A stretch of 63,202 nucleotides of DNA, counting the filler, from Octopus bimaculoides (Eukaryota), in assembly GCF_001194135.2 (NCBI RefSeq). It is 8 parts of 8 records of this genome, joined end to end, with 100 filler letters (N's around TTAATTAATTAA, not from the genome) between each part and the next. Parts side by side here need not be neighbours in the genome. Positions count along the whole stretch, not along the records: positions 33,328 to 52,944 come from NC_069004.1; 7 more parts are not named here. One strand, given 5' to 3'. This document shows positions 38,208-51,019 of the stretch, one piece after another. Each line of letters begins with the position of its first letter. Positions within the stretch are counted from its first letter, which is position 1. Position numbers and translations under genes: made by a program. The notes beneath the pieces were generated by a model, which saw nothing but the letters and a program-made list of their open reading frames with translations, ran no database searches and was not told the origin of the DNA.

Positions 38208-38358
38208 TCCTTCTTTCTCTTCCTTCTTTCTCATTTGTTTCTTTCTGAGTTTCTCTGTTTCCCTCTTCACATACATACCCACATACGCACCAACCACGCA
38301 TTCATTCACGCGAACAAACATATTTATATGTGCTTCTCTTTGTGTGTATATGTATGTA

Positions 38359-38392
<34 letters not shown>

Positions 38393-38568
38393 TATATATA
38401 TGTGCATGTGTATATATGTATATATNNNNNNNNNNNNNNNNNNNNNNNNNNNNNNNNNNNNNNNNNNNNNNNNNNNNNNNNNNNNNNNNNNNNNNNNNNN
38501 NNNNNNNNNNNNNNNNNNNNNNNNNNNNNNNNNNNNNNNNNNNNNNNNNNNNNNNNNNNNNNNNNNNN

Positions 38569-38602
<34 letters not shown>

Positions 38603-39044
38603 TATATACATATATGCACATACATATATGTATATATATTTTTTTATTTCTATATATGTATGTATATGTATGTGCGTTTGTGTGTGTGTGTGTATGTGCA
38701 TGTATATATTCATAGTTGTTACTCACACACATGTAAAATTATGCACGTACTACACGCACGCACACGTTTAGAAATGGAAGTGAGAAGAATGTTTGCATGT
38801 AGTGCGGTTGATTTGTTCGTATAAATTGGATGATTCACTGTGTAGGTACTTGAGATCTACGTGTCTTTTGTAGCGTTCTGGCTGTGTCGGAGTGAATGGC
38901 AAAAAGAAATGATGTTGGATCGAATGGAAACTGGTTCTCGCTTTTTACAGTTAGTGGAGGTTAAGTAGTGAACTTCAAGCCGATCTATTGGAGTTACTGG
39001 ATCTACCTTTCATCTGTTACCTGTTTCAGTCATTGGACTGTGAC

Positions 39045-39088
<44 letters not shown>

Positions 39089-39090
<2 letters not shown>

Positions 39091-39970
39091 GAGGGTGCAG
39101 TGAATAAACTGTCGTCGAAATTATGCTAAAATGAAAACAACACTGACGTCTTATTTTAACACATATATTTACGAAAGTTATTTTGAAATAATAAAGAGTA
39201 AATTTATTCAATAAAATCGCCATTGGCTTCAACCACGGCTTCCAGACGACTTCGGAATCTCCGGCAAATTTTCTGGACGGTCTCCTCGTTTAAGTTGGTG
39301 AATGCTGCCATAACCCTTGCCTTCAGCTCATCGTTGGTGTTACAAGGAGTTTTGTTGGTTTCTCGCTCAGCTGCGTCCCACACATCATAATCAAGGGGGC
39401 TGCAGTCTGGTTAGTTAGGTGGCCAGATGTTAGGGGTGATATGGTCGCAGAAATTGTCTGACAGCCATGACTGGGTTCTCTTGCTTGTGTGGCATGGTGC
39501 AGAGTCCTGTTGCCAGACATAGGGTCTTGCAGCAGCCACCCTCTTGACTCAGGGCAATACTGTCTCCTCCAGGCACGATGTAGACCACCATGCTTAGTCT
39601 GAGATCATGTGGGAAGATGAATGGAGGCATAATGTCACCATCACTAGTGATCACTCCAAACACCATGATGTTGACAGGATGTTTGATTTTTTATTACTCT
39701 CAGTAAATGTCCTCAGATTACACCGTCCTCAGATTGACACCCAACCACTCCGAAATGTCTGTATTGGGGCCTCCGGCGCAAACGCCAAGCAGTACAGCAT
39801 GTATTTTCCAAATTTCTGGCACAGTAAATTGCAGCATGGTGCTGTTTTTCTCACAGACGGTGCGCAGCTGACCCTACTATACTGTCTAGTCGACAAAATC
39901 AAAACCAAACATACGCATGCGCGAAATTAGAAGTATGAAAATAGCGACAACTTACACCTCGCACCCTCTA
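39089..39970 (-). mobile_element. internally deleted Tc1/mariner element of DD37D (maT) type with both TIRs
   Basis: MVFGVITSDG...WQQDSAPCHT...WPPN*PDCSPLD, with 37 residues between the second and third Asp. TIRs CAGAGGGTGC..TAAACTGTCG / TAGAGGGTGC..TAAGTTGTCG; TA on both flanks. Confidence 0.92.
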
Positions 39971-40404
39971 TATATAATTATTTTCAGGATCCAATAGAAT
40001 CGAGATAGTTTAATAACAAAAGCACCAATGTAGAGTCGAGGACAGCATACCCGTGCATTAACAGTGTGTACGGACACTCACGTATTCACTAAATCAAATA
40101 CGGATTTGTCCTCAAAGTTACTTATACATCCACAAAAGTAGTTCAAATTCACCCAGCGTATACGCAAAATCAAACAAGAGTATAATGTCATGCAGTCCAC
40201 GGTCCATTGTAGGCTCATGATCCAAAGAAGGGAAGGTTCCGAGTGTTGTGTAATATAAAAACGATAACTAAAATGGATTGAAGTTCACTACAACTGTTTC
40301 AGACGTGAACAAATCAAACACATCATGTACAAAAAACAGTTTTCTTCAGGTGAATTAAGAAATAAATGTAGCATTTAGAATTTTTCACACAAATAGTATA
40401 GGGT

Positions 40405-40563
40405 CGCACTTCTTTCGGTTTCCATCTACAAAATCCCCTCACAAGGGTTTGGTTGGCCCGGGGCTACCCTAGAAGACATTTACTCAAAGTGTCACGTAGT
40501 TAAACTGTCCCTTAAACCATGTAGTTGGTAAGCAAGCTTCTTGCCACACAGCCACGCCTGCTC
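40405..40563 (-). mobile_element. SINE family A, 5' half
   Basis: CTTTCGGTTTCCATCTACAAAATC...GTTGGTAAGCAAGCTTCTTGCCACACAGCCACGCCTG. Confidence 0.85.
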
Positions 40564-40606
40564 CTATCATGGCAACGTAAATTATCTATTTTTGTTCTTT
40601 ACTTTA

Positions 40607-40815
40607 AAGTGAACTGGCAGAACCGTTAGCATGTCGGAGAACATGCCTACTCGCATTTCTTCAGGTTTTATCTTCTGACTTGAACTCCCGCCGAGGTTGC
40701 CCTTTATCCTTTTGAGGTCGATTAACCAAATTATCAGTCAAGTACTGAACTCAATGTAATTGACTTTCCTTTCCCCTTAAAACTGCTTACCGTGTGCCAA
40801 AATTATAAAGAAATT
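40607..40815 (+). mobile_element. SINE family B, diverged
   Basis: GAACTGGCAGAACCGTTAGCA...CCGCCGAGGTTGCCCTTTATCCTTTTGAGGTCGAT. Confidence 0.7.
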
Positions 40816-40831
40816 ATCTTACAGAAAGAAA

Positions 40832-41154
40832 CTGGCACTCCGTCAATTACGACAATGAGGGCTCCAGTTGAACCGATCAACGGAAAGGCCTACTCATGAA
40901 ATTAATGCACAAGTGGCTGAGCACACCTCAGACATGCATGCCTTTAATGTACTTCTCAGGGAGATCCAGCGTGACACACAATGGGACAAGACTGGCCCTT
41001 TGAGATACAGGTACAACTTATTCTTGCCAGTTAAGTGGACTCGAGCATCATGAAATAAAGTGTCTTGCTCAAGGACATAACGCGCAGCCTGGAATAGAAA
41101 TCACAACTTTACAATCATGAACCGAATACCGTAACCACTAAACCATACACCTTC
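40832..41154 (-). mobile_element. SINE with an E-type head and the family C tail
   Basis: Head TGGTTTAGTGGTTA...GTCCTTGAGCAAGACACTTTATTTCA; tail GTTGTACCTGTATCTCAAAGGGCCAG...CCGTTGATCGGTTCAACTGGAGCCCTC...GACGGAGTGCCAG. Confidence 0.85.
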
Positions 41155-41349
41155 CTATACTTTATCCTATACTTTACCAATGATCATGGGACGGCCATTC
41201 AGTTTGAAATCTAAGGATTTCTTGTTTGTTTGACCTAAAATGCCGTTTTGCATTTTGTAGCAAAAGTTATGATAGTTACCATAGATTTTGAGACAGGATG
41301 TAAATTTTCCTCAATAAGTATAAAGCATAATGTATCTCTTAGCTACATT

Positions 41350-41570
41350 AGTAGCTTGAGGCGTTGTATTAGCAATCACGGCATCGTGGGCTCTGTTCCC
41401 GGACGTTCTGTTCTTGAGTAAAACACTCCATTTCATGTTGCTCTGCAATGACTTTAACATCTAACTTGTGGTACACAGTCCACCTGCACAGGTAATGTCA
41501 ATCTTTTGGAGGGAGAGAGCTAATGTACAGAACAAGCATTTGAATATTATAAACAAATCATTTGAGCAGG
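41350..41570 (+). mobile_element. SINE family E, diverged
   Basis: GTTCTTGAGTAAAACAC...GTTGCTCTG...CACCTGCACAGGTAATGTC...GCTAATGTACAG matches 6985-7222. Confidence 0.72.
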
Positions 41571-42901
41571 TTATTCACCAAGGAAACAGAATCATCTTTG
41601 TCGAACTCAAAAGACTTCCATCAGTTAAGAGTGCGGGGGTAGTAGTGGCCTTTATGCGGATGGTTGTAGTGGCCTTCATGCGGCTGGTTGTAGTTACAAT
41701 TTCCATTCCAGTTTTTGTATGTATTGTAGTGAAGAGGTAAGGTTTATTATGGTTGTGGGTCTAAAATCTTATTTGTGATGGTTGAATTTACTCTTAAAAT
41801 CGAGCACTGCTTCATCTATAACATATTCTTTCTGCTCTAATTCAGATGGCAACCAATATCAACAACTGCGAAAAATAACAAGAAGTCACCTGAATGTGGT
41901 CACTCGGTTTGCAAGAAATACTAGCCAGACTTCCTTCAGATCTGTTTCAAACTTACTGTTTCAAATATAGGAATGTGAAACCAGAGCGCAAAAGGACAAA
42001 GCTAAATATAAGTAACACATTTTAACGAACGATCTGCCATCTTGTCCTTCACAGATGTGATAATCCGTGTGTTGTGAAAGTGTTGTGCGTTGTATACCAC
42101 TGTCAGGTTTCGAAACCGTGTATGAAGAATAAACTGCTGTTGTTGTTGTTGTGATTTTTCAATTGTTTTGCATATTTATTTTGTCAGTTGAGTCAGAGAA
42201 TGTCTGAGAATCGTGACGTCAAGTAAGAAATGTTGTCAAAATTGTTTCAAAGTGCAGAACAGACGAGAAAAATGGCTGACAAAAACTCTCCATTGCGTGT
42301 TGCAGACAGAAAAGAAAGCAACATGGCTGGAGCTGTTGTTTTTGTATTTAACTGCTGTTGTTGTCATTGTTATTACTTCTGCCGTTGTTGATGTTGTTGG
42401 TGCTGTTATTGGTGCTGTTTTTGTAATCGTTGGGGCTTTCTTTTGTGTTGGTAGTTTGTTCTATTTATAGATGTAATACTTGTTGTTGTTGTTAATGTTG
42501 TTATCGTTATTACTAGTGTTATTGTTGTTGTTGCTGTTACTCCTGTTATTACTGCTTGTTTTTTTTTTGTTTTTTGTAATTGTAGTCATTTTGTTTGGTT
42601 TGGTTGTAAGTAGTCATTTTCGTATTTGTTGTCTAAATTCTAGTTACAGACGTAACAATCCTACTTGTTGTTGCTATATTGATTTTGCAGCTGTTGTTGC
42701 TGCAGATGTAATTGTTGTTTTATCTGCTGCTGCTGCTGCCGCTGCTGCTGCTGTGGTTTGTTTTGTTTTAATTACTTACACTAGCTGATTAATTGTTATT
42801 GTTGTTGTCGGTGTTCTGGTTATGACGTCATCCGAATAATTATTGCAGATATATTTGTTGTTGTTGTTGTGTGTCGATCTGGATGTTTTGTTGTTCTCTT
42901 G

Positions 42902-43040
42902 AAAAAGCGCGTGGCCTAGAGTTCAGATCATGACCACAAGATGGTGGGCTCGATCCTTGAACCTGGCTGCAACAGTGTGTCCTTGAACAGGATATTTCAT
43001 TTCACATTGCCCCGCTCTACTTAACTGAAAATAAGTAACA
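42902..43040 (+). mobile_element. SINE head fragment (E/C-type)
   Basis: GCGTGGCCTAG...GGGCTCGATCC...GTGTGTCCTTGAACAGGATATTTCATTTCACATTGC. Confidence 0.6.
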
Positions 43041-43414
43041 CTTTAGTCATGCTGCAACCGTCTCTGCTCCTGGCACAGAATTTTCTACAGATCTCGAAGT
43101 TGCGAACTAATTATCAGGAGGGAAGAACCAGTGGTGGGTCATTCTGAAGCGGACCATTACGGCGGAATCGATAACGTATTAAAGCGAGCGTCGAGAAGGA
43201 GATAGTAGATTAGAAGATGTGATTATAAAGGAAACAATATCATTGTACTATCATTGTAAATGGCGGTCGATCACTTCTTTAATGTCTACTGCAATAGTTG
43301 ATCGCGGTTTTCGGTAGACATGATGGAATGCTATAAAAAAAAAAGACTGATGACAGCAACCGAAATAGTGTTGGTAGTGAATGATTGTACAAGGGTCAAT
43401 TGCTCGATATTGCT

Positions 43415-43706
43415 CAGTGGTTCCCAACCGGGGTCCATATAAGAATTTGCGGGGTCCACCAACGCAAAAGAGTAAGTTTGTGATCTACAATATTAAGGGT
43501 CCACGAAAAACTTTGCTTTAGATGTATCTATTGCAAGAGAGAGCAAGATTTCTTTCTCTAACATTTTACATGGTTCATCGGACACAAGTATTTTGAAAAA
43601 AGTATCTATAAAATTAGTTTTCAAACATCGAATGGCAATGGGGGGTGCACCAGAGTAAAATAGTAATCAGAGGGATCCATAGGTAAAAAATGGTTGAGAA
43701 TCACTT
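43415..43706. mobile_element. hAT (Charlie-like) MITE
   Basis: TIRs CAGTGGTTCCCAACC / reverse complement AAGTGATTCTCAACC; flanking 8-mers ATATTGCT and ATATGGAT (6/8 match, possible decayed 8-bp TSD). Confidence 0.75.
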
Positions 43707-43769
43707 ATATGGATGGTACACATGATGAACGTTAAAGGTGTTTACCATACATGTTCACCTCACTCTCAG

Positions 43770-44640
43770 TAGACGTCGATCGAAAACGGTAGCAGACAAG
43801 AAGCATTCCCATTTTATGTTATTCGCAGAGTGATGGTGCTGCTGAGCAAAAACACGAATAAGGGTGGGGAAATTCATCGACAATTTCCGCCTTATAACTC
43901 TGGCGGACAAGAGTTTAAGATTTTGACAATCTCTCGTGAAGAAGTTGAGTCTTATCGTTGATAGCACAGTCAGGGGTTTTAATTACGTGATTTCCGAAAG
44001 TCCTGTTTTCGGTAACCGTCATCTCATACGATACATCGCAGTGGGTGTGACTAATAACTCTCCCTTTGGTACTGCTCTGTTCTATTTTGGATCAACCCAT
44101 AGCCTCTCATAGAACCGACTATCTGTTCTTTACCGCGGTTTCACCAACCCTTTCAGAGGCTGGATATCTTCAATATACAGCAACAGTTTCTAGATGGTCA
44201 CGTTCGGAAATATTTGAAGTCACTCACATTCGGTCCGTCAATGGGATGGTTTATCATCATCTCTAGACGCTTTTGACAATTGAACAACAGTTCAATAACC
44301 AAAAGCTAGGGGTGTATTGATAGGCATCCTGTTCGAAATGAGATCCGAGAAAGTTGTGTCGATATACGCAAATAACATCAACTTTGTGGTTCGAAACTCA
44401 TGAAAATCGAGGTTTCTGCCATTGGACAACATGAAAATTAAAATTTCCAGCAAGGAAAAAGAAGTACTAAGTGGGAATTGCGCTAACCAGATAGGTCAGG
44501 ACAACAGCTGAGTGTTCAAAGATGTAATTCATGGCGACCAATGTCGTGTAACCCTGGACCGAAACCTATTTACAATAGTTTGAGTGCAGTTTGGGTCAGG
44601 ATTCCAGGTGGGTAGGATCTGAGAGTAAAAGAAGGGAGCA
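43770..44640 (+). mobile_element. Tx1/L1-like LINE RT fragment, highly degenerate
   Basis: DNFRLITL (for DNFRPITL), ILDQPIA (for NLDQSKAF), SVRQ (for SVRQGCPLSP) and VSIYANNI (for YADD), in the correct order. Confidence 0.75.
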
Positions 44641-44924
44641 GCATACTGAGGTTTGTCGTCTGCTGGCCCTTGCTTTTTTTTTTTGGTTGTTCTTCGTAAC
44701 AATATCTAACCTTCCTTTTTAATCTCTTTGTCTGGGTGGATTGACACATTCAAAGTATCATAACTTCATGTATCAATCTCTCAGTCCTTTCCTGGTATAT
44801 GTTTACACCATGTCTCTTCTGTCCCTATCTCATGACACCACCTTCATTGTCATTGTGTGACAGCTCTAACTCTGAGACGCGGTAGATGCATGCTGTTAGA
44901 CGAAAAAATGTGTTATTTGTTCAA

Positions 44925-47230
44925 AAGCTCAAGAATCTTTCTCACGACTTTTGCGGAATAATAGATGGTACATTTCTGCAAGTCGACATGCACTGCCAGC
45001 CTGCAGAAATGTGCCTCTTAGGCAGCAATATGGGTATTATGTCAAGTGTACCAATTACCACAGGAACAAAAGTCACTTTTGTCGTCCACAATCCCTTCAA
45101 CACTCGGGCTACTGAGTTTTATTTTCGATTTTCTTAATTTCTTTGGGAACCACTCATCACACTTCAGGCTACTTTATTTTTACTTTGATTTCACAAACTC
45201 AGCTAACATTCCAATCTTTTACCTACACCGTTACTCCTGTGCCTATATGTTTCTTGTGATAGCTTACTGTATTCATTTATGAGATACTTAATACTTTCGT
45301 TTCCTTTTCCACTCATTTTGCTTTTGCTCCTTGACTGAGTTTTAACAGTCTTTGTCTTTTTAAAGTTCGTTCTAACGGTTTGTTTCTGGAAATTAGCAAT
45401 ATAATAAACAATTCAATTTGATGTTTCAGGTTTTCCTCTGTCAGCCACAACCATTCTTTGTTTCCAAAATCCCCTGGTTTATTGCATGAATCGGTCGCGT
45501 AATTCCTTCTCTTTTTTTTTCTACTATTTGTCCTACCGTTCTTTCTTCTCTTTATAGAATTAGCTTACTGATTCAATGGCTTTTTGATATTTCTGGCCGC
45601 AGAGATATTCGTTTTTCACTATGCACAATATAGCTTTACAAATCCAACATCAGAGTACTAATTGTGTCTTCTGCATTGAACATACGTCTGCTTCCTTCTT
45701 TTCGTTGTAAGTAGAGACTCGATTTGACTCTGAGGGTGGTGAGCGTTTTGTATTGTGAGCAGTTTCCTAGTTCTTCTATCTAATTCCTGTCGTTCTGTCT
45801 TTGTTCACTTTAGAAAAGAGCAGACTATCTCAAAATATAATGTTCCCTCCATTTACTTTTAGTCCAAGCACCTTCCTAATCCTTCTCTTGTACTCTTTTG
45901 AGATTATCTCTCTCATTTCTCCTGCCATTATCCTATTTTTCATCAACATCCAAGGCACTTGTATCCCTCATTATTTCTCAGTAACCTAATGACGTCATCT
46001 TGTGGTGATTTTGTGTACTCGGATTTAATCTCTTGGCATCACTTTACAATTAAAACTGCGAACTTATTTTCACCAAACTGCGTACATATAACCTTGCTAA
46101 ATATTTTTACTGTTTGGATCAAAGAATACTGTTCTTTTTTCATTTGTTGTGCACAGTTTCAGGTCATCCACATATAGCACGTGATTTATTTTCCACGCAA
46201 GCCTGGATTTTTCTCAGTATGCTTGTAAAAAGGATTAATGCAATGAGGAAAAATAACGAGGTGAGAGAGAGAGAAAAAAAAGAAAGAGAGAGAGAAAAAA
46301 AAGAAAGAGAGAGAGAGAGAGTGAGAGCTAGTCTAACTGAAATATCCCCACTCCAGGTACATCCTCATATCGTAACGTTTCGCTACCATATTTTTCTTTT
46401 ACTTCTCATGATGTCATCGCCTTAACTGAAAAAGAATCTCATTGAACACTTTACTGTGTGCGCAGGTACTCAAAGGGCCAACAGTGTGGTACTTTATTAT
46501 ATGTTTACTTGTAACCCATACAATCAGCAACTAAGTCCTTCTTATTCATACCTCATTGAACATCATATTATTATGCAACAGATCAACAGTTCGTCTTGAC
46601 TTCTTTCTGCGCCCTTTTTGCTCGTCTGGTAATAGATTCTCCTTCTCCAGAAAGTTATGCCATTCATCTGCTAATGTGACTCAACAATTTCCCGAGTGAT
46701 GGTAAGCATATAACAAGACTACAATTACTGACTACTTCTCTCTTTTCTTTGTCCTTCTGCACTGTATCTCTTTTTGTCATCCATATTGGTATTCCATTAT
46801 CTATACAGTCACAGTGAGAAACAGTCGTATATAGCTGTGCATCCATGAAATATTTTAAAACCAGAATTCTTGAACACCATTTGGTCCAGAATCTTTCCAA
46901 TTTGCTATTTTCTGAAATATCTATTCCCCTTTTTCATCTATAATTCTCTTCTCGCAAGTTATTTTCTATTTCTCCTTTAAATTTCTATAACATTCTGCTC
47001 ATCTGTTATGCTGAACCTCTTTACTCCAAATATCTAATCAAATGTTCTTTTGCTTCGGCGTTTGGTACATCATTCCGCCAATCTTAATTTTCATTGTTCA
47101 GCTGTTGCTAAAATTTCCTTTCATTGTTTCTCGGGAGCATACTCTGGTAATCCGTTGTATTTAGTTGTTGGGGAAGATTTCCTGGTGATTTTTCAGCTTC
47201 CATAATCTTTTAATATATTCGATTTTTTTA
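44925..47230 (-). mobile_element. R4/Dong-like (RLE) non-LTR retrotransposon, degenerate ~2.3 kb
   Basis: In order on the minus strand: WKDSGPNGVQEFW, PIWMTK..KDKEK..VSN..ICLP..KLL, LLPDEQKG, KEYKRRIRKVL..KVNGGNII, ELDRRTRKLL..AHHPQS, LWTTKVTFVPVVIGTL. Confidence 0.88.
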
Positions 47231-47586
47231 AAACATGCTCTCTATGTTCTCTCAGCAGTCAGTATCTGTTTGTTGATTGTAGTTAATTGATTGGAAGATT
47301 GTTGCGATAATTATTTTGGACGTCTTTGCCTATTGCATGTTTATTTGCATCTTTTTCCTTTGGTTTTATCATGTTTTGGCAAGAAATGCCTCACTTTTGT
47401 ATATATGCCGCAAGGTGTCAGTTGTATATGTTTTAAAACCATCTCATGGTATACAGGACCACCTCGACTATTCTGCTTAGAGATATAATGAGATATATGC
47501 CAGATTTTGGTTGTGGTAACCATATCCTTTGTGTGTCTAGTTGACACACATACACACACTCACCCACTCACTCACGCACTCACTCA

Positions 47587-47646
<60 letters not shown>

Positions 47647-48506
47647 NNNNNNNNNNNNNNNNNNNNNNNNNNNNNNNNNNNNNNNNNNNNNNNNNNNNNN
47701 NNNNNNNNNNNNNNNNNNNNNNNNNNNNNNNNNNNNNNNNNNNNNNNNNNNNNNNNNNNNNNNNNNNNNNNNNNNNNNNNNNNNNNNNNNNNNNNNNNNN
47801 NNNNNNNNNNNNNNNNNNNNNNNNNNNNNNNNNNNNNNNNNNNNNNNNNNNNNNNNNNNNNNNNNNNNNNNNNNNNNNNNNNNNNNNNNNNNNNNNNNNN
47901 NNNNNNNNNNNNNNNNNNNNNNNNNNNNNNNNNNNNNNNNNNNNNNNNNNNNNNNNNNNNNNNNNNNNNNNNNNNNNNNNNNNNNNNNNNNNNNNNNNNN
48001 NNNNNNNNNNNNNNNNNNNNNNNNNNNNNNNNNNNNNNNNNNNNNNNNNNNNNNNNNNNNNNNNNNNNNNNNNNNNNNNNNNNNNNNNNNNNNNNNNNNN
48101 NNNNNNNNNNNNNNNNNNNNNNNNNNNNNNNNNNNNNNNNNNNNNNNNNNNNNNNNNNNNNNNNNNNNNNNNNNNATATATATATATATATATATATAAG
48201 ATTATATATATAAATATACACATGTATGCATGTGTGTGTGTGTGTGTGTGTATAAATGTATGCTTGTGTAGGAGTGTGTATATGTGTGTGTCCGATTCCG
48301 TAGAGTGTCCAAGACATCTGGGGTCAATCAGTTTGTACAGATTATGTCTGTTGCTGTCACAACTAATTCCTGCTCCTTTGCTTCAATAAGTCAAGCTTTT
48401 GGAATCTTAAGAATCAAACGAAATGGCCTAACGGGGTTGGTTGAACGGGTGTGTGAGCATGCGTATATCTTGGCAAGTATCCTTCGAAGTCTGAGTCTGT
48501 CTGTGC

Positions 48507-48589
<83 letters not shown>

Positions 48590-49038
48590 TGTGTGTGTGT
48601 ATAGATAANNNNNNNNNNNNNNNNNNNNNNNNNNNNNNNNNNNNNNNNNNNNNNNNNNNNNNNNNNNNNNNNNNNNNNNNNNNNNNNNNNNNNNNNNNNN
48701 NNNNNNNNNNNNNNNNNNNNNNNNNNNNNNNNNNNNNNNNNNNNNNNNNNNNNNNNNNNNNNNNNNNNNNNNNNNNNNNNNNNNNNNNNNNNNNNNNATA
48801 TATATATATATAGGCGTATGTGTATATCTTCTTATGTATGCTTATATTTGTGTGTGAGAACACACATACGCATATAGATGTGTGTGAGTGTGTATACGAG
48901 CATGCGTGCGTGAACTGTGTTATATACGCCGCTAGGTGTCAGTAAATCGAGAAGGTATTGTCTCAAGATTAGAGGAAGACATGTGTCAGCTCAGCTTGGC
49001 GATGTATTACGGCTGCAGCAGTAGCTGTTAGAATGGGT

Positions 49039-49045
49039 ATTATTA

Positions 49046-49116
<71 letters not shown>

Positions 49117-49162
49117 GGTGGTGGTGGTAGTAGTAGTAGTAGTAGCAGTAGTAGTAGTAGTG

Positions 49163-49207
<45 letters not shown>

Positions 49208-49251
49208 ATGTTGGTGGTGGTAGTGGTGGCGGTAGCAGAAGCAGCAGCAAC

Positions 49252-49286
<35 letters not shown>

Positions 49287-49311
49287 CAGCAGCAGTAGTA
49301 GTAGTAGTAGT

Positions 49312-49385
<74 letters not shown>

Positions 49386-49440
49386 CAGCAGCAGTGTTTG
49401 TAGTTACAGCGGTGGTGCTTGTAGCGGTGGTAGTAACTAA
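49039..49440. repeat. compound trinucleotide tract (ATT)n-(AGT)n-(GGT)n-(AGC)n
   Basis: Direct reading; explains the poly-S/V/Y ORFs in the track. Confidence 0.97.
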
Positions 49441-50144
49441 GGTTGTTGATGTAGACAGTTGCTAAGGCATGCGAAGTGTACACACACACACACACACGCA
49501 CACACACACAAGCACACACAAGCACACACAAGCACACACAAGCGCACACACACACACACACGAATGTATATATAGTACGCAGAGATGACTTCTGCGTGTG
49601 TGTATGTGATTTTGAGCGTGCACGAGATTGTAAAGATGGAGGTGTGCGCACGCGCTTATATGTGTATATATGCGAACATATGTATGCATGTATGTGTGGA
49701 CATATATATATATGTATATAAGCATATAGGTGTATATGTATGTCTACATGTGTGTACGTATATATGTATATATGTATATATGTATACGTGTGCATATGTA
49801 TGTATGGTTGCATATATGTGCATGTATATATATGTAAATATGTATGTTTATGTATATATCCCTGCATATGAGGATGTATGTATATATGTATGTATTTATA
49901 TATGTATGTATATATATATATATGTATATCTATACATACATACATACATACATAAATACATAGGTACATGCATACATATATATATATATACACAGACACA
50001 TATATATATACATACTCACACCCATATGTATATACATTTATGCATTAAAAGTCAGGGCACAATATATATTTTGCCTATATGGATTATGCTTGCTGGCCAC
50101 TTTATCATTATTGTTTTGAAGATAATAACTTATTTGAATTTTGA

Positions 50145-50180
<36 letters not shown>

Positions 50181-50313
50181 GAAATATGTTACAAAAACAA
50201 AGAGAAACTACACGTGGAAATGTAAGGGGAAAGTAAGAAGAAAAATAAACGAAAATGCACATTGGAAATCAAAAAAACGTAAACGCTTTTTATGAAAAGT
50301 AACNNNNNNNNNN

Positions 50314-50505
50314 AAATAAGAGGAATGACCAGCAAATGTGGACTCCTATATGCTAGAAATAGATGCCGAATCATCTAACCACGAAAAGATATGTTCTCAG
50401 TAAAAAATTTAGCGACACAACAGACTGTAAAAGGGCAAGACAAATGTCTTCAGCATCTATTTCTAGCATATAGGAGTCCACATTTGCTGGTCATTCTTCT
50501 TATTT
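50314..50505. repeat. 53-bp inverted repeat with 86-bp spacer
   Basis: 50314-50366 versus the reverse complement of 50453-50505, near-identical by eye; abuts a 10-N gap. Confidence 0.9.
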
Positions 50506-50625
50506 TTGTATGTAATATAATTTTAATCTTCGGATTTTTTTTAATATGCGAAACAAGTGGTTTTAATTGATTGATATCAATTTCTACCCTCATTAATAAA
50601 TTATATATATATATATTTATGTATT

Positions 50626-50656
<31 letters not shown>

Positions 50657-50659
50657 ATG

Positions 50660-50692
<33 letters not shown>

Positions 50693-51019
50693 GTATGTAT
50701 GCATCAATATATACATGCTTTTGCTTGTATATCTTGTAGGAGTGAATATGTTTGGGTTTGTATGAATGTGTATATGTTCGCTTGTCTTTGTGCTTATACA
50801 TGGATTCTATGAAATTTTGCCGCTGTTATTCCCGAGATATTACTGATCCAGAAAGGCTACGAGTAAAGTCGTTCCAGCCGCGACCATCCCACCTTTTCTT
50901 TATATCCCGAGGAATATATTAGAGAAAGTGTTGTTGTTATTTGTAAAATAACAAAGTCAGACTGGAAAAATAATTAGAAACATAGAATGAGGACTGATAA
51001 ATGTAACAAAGATAAAAAC

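Noticed and set aside
47300-47530. Possible second RLE-LINE RT relic (also 48290-48420)
   Set aside because: Only vague motif resemblance; too decayed to support by eye.
49033-49465. Poly-Ser/Gly and poly-Val ORFs
   Set aside because: Compound trinucleotide microsatellite, open in several frames by composition.
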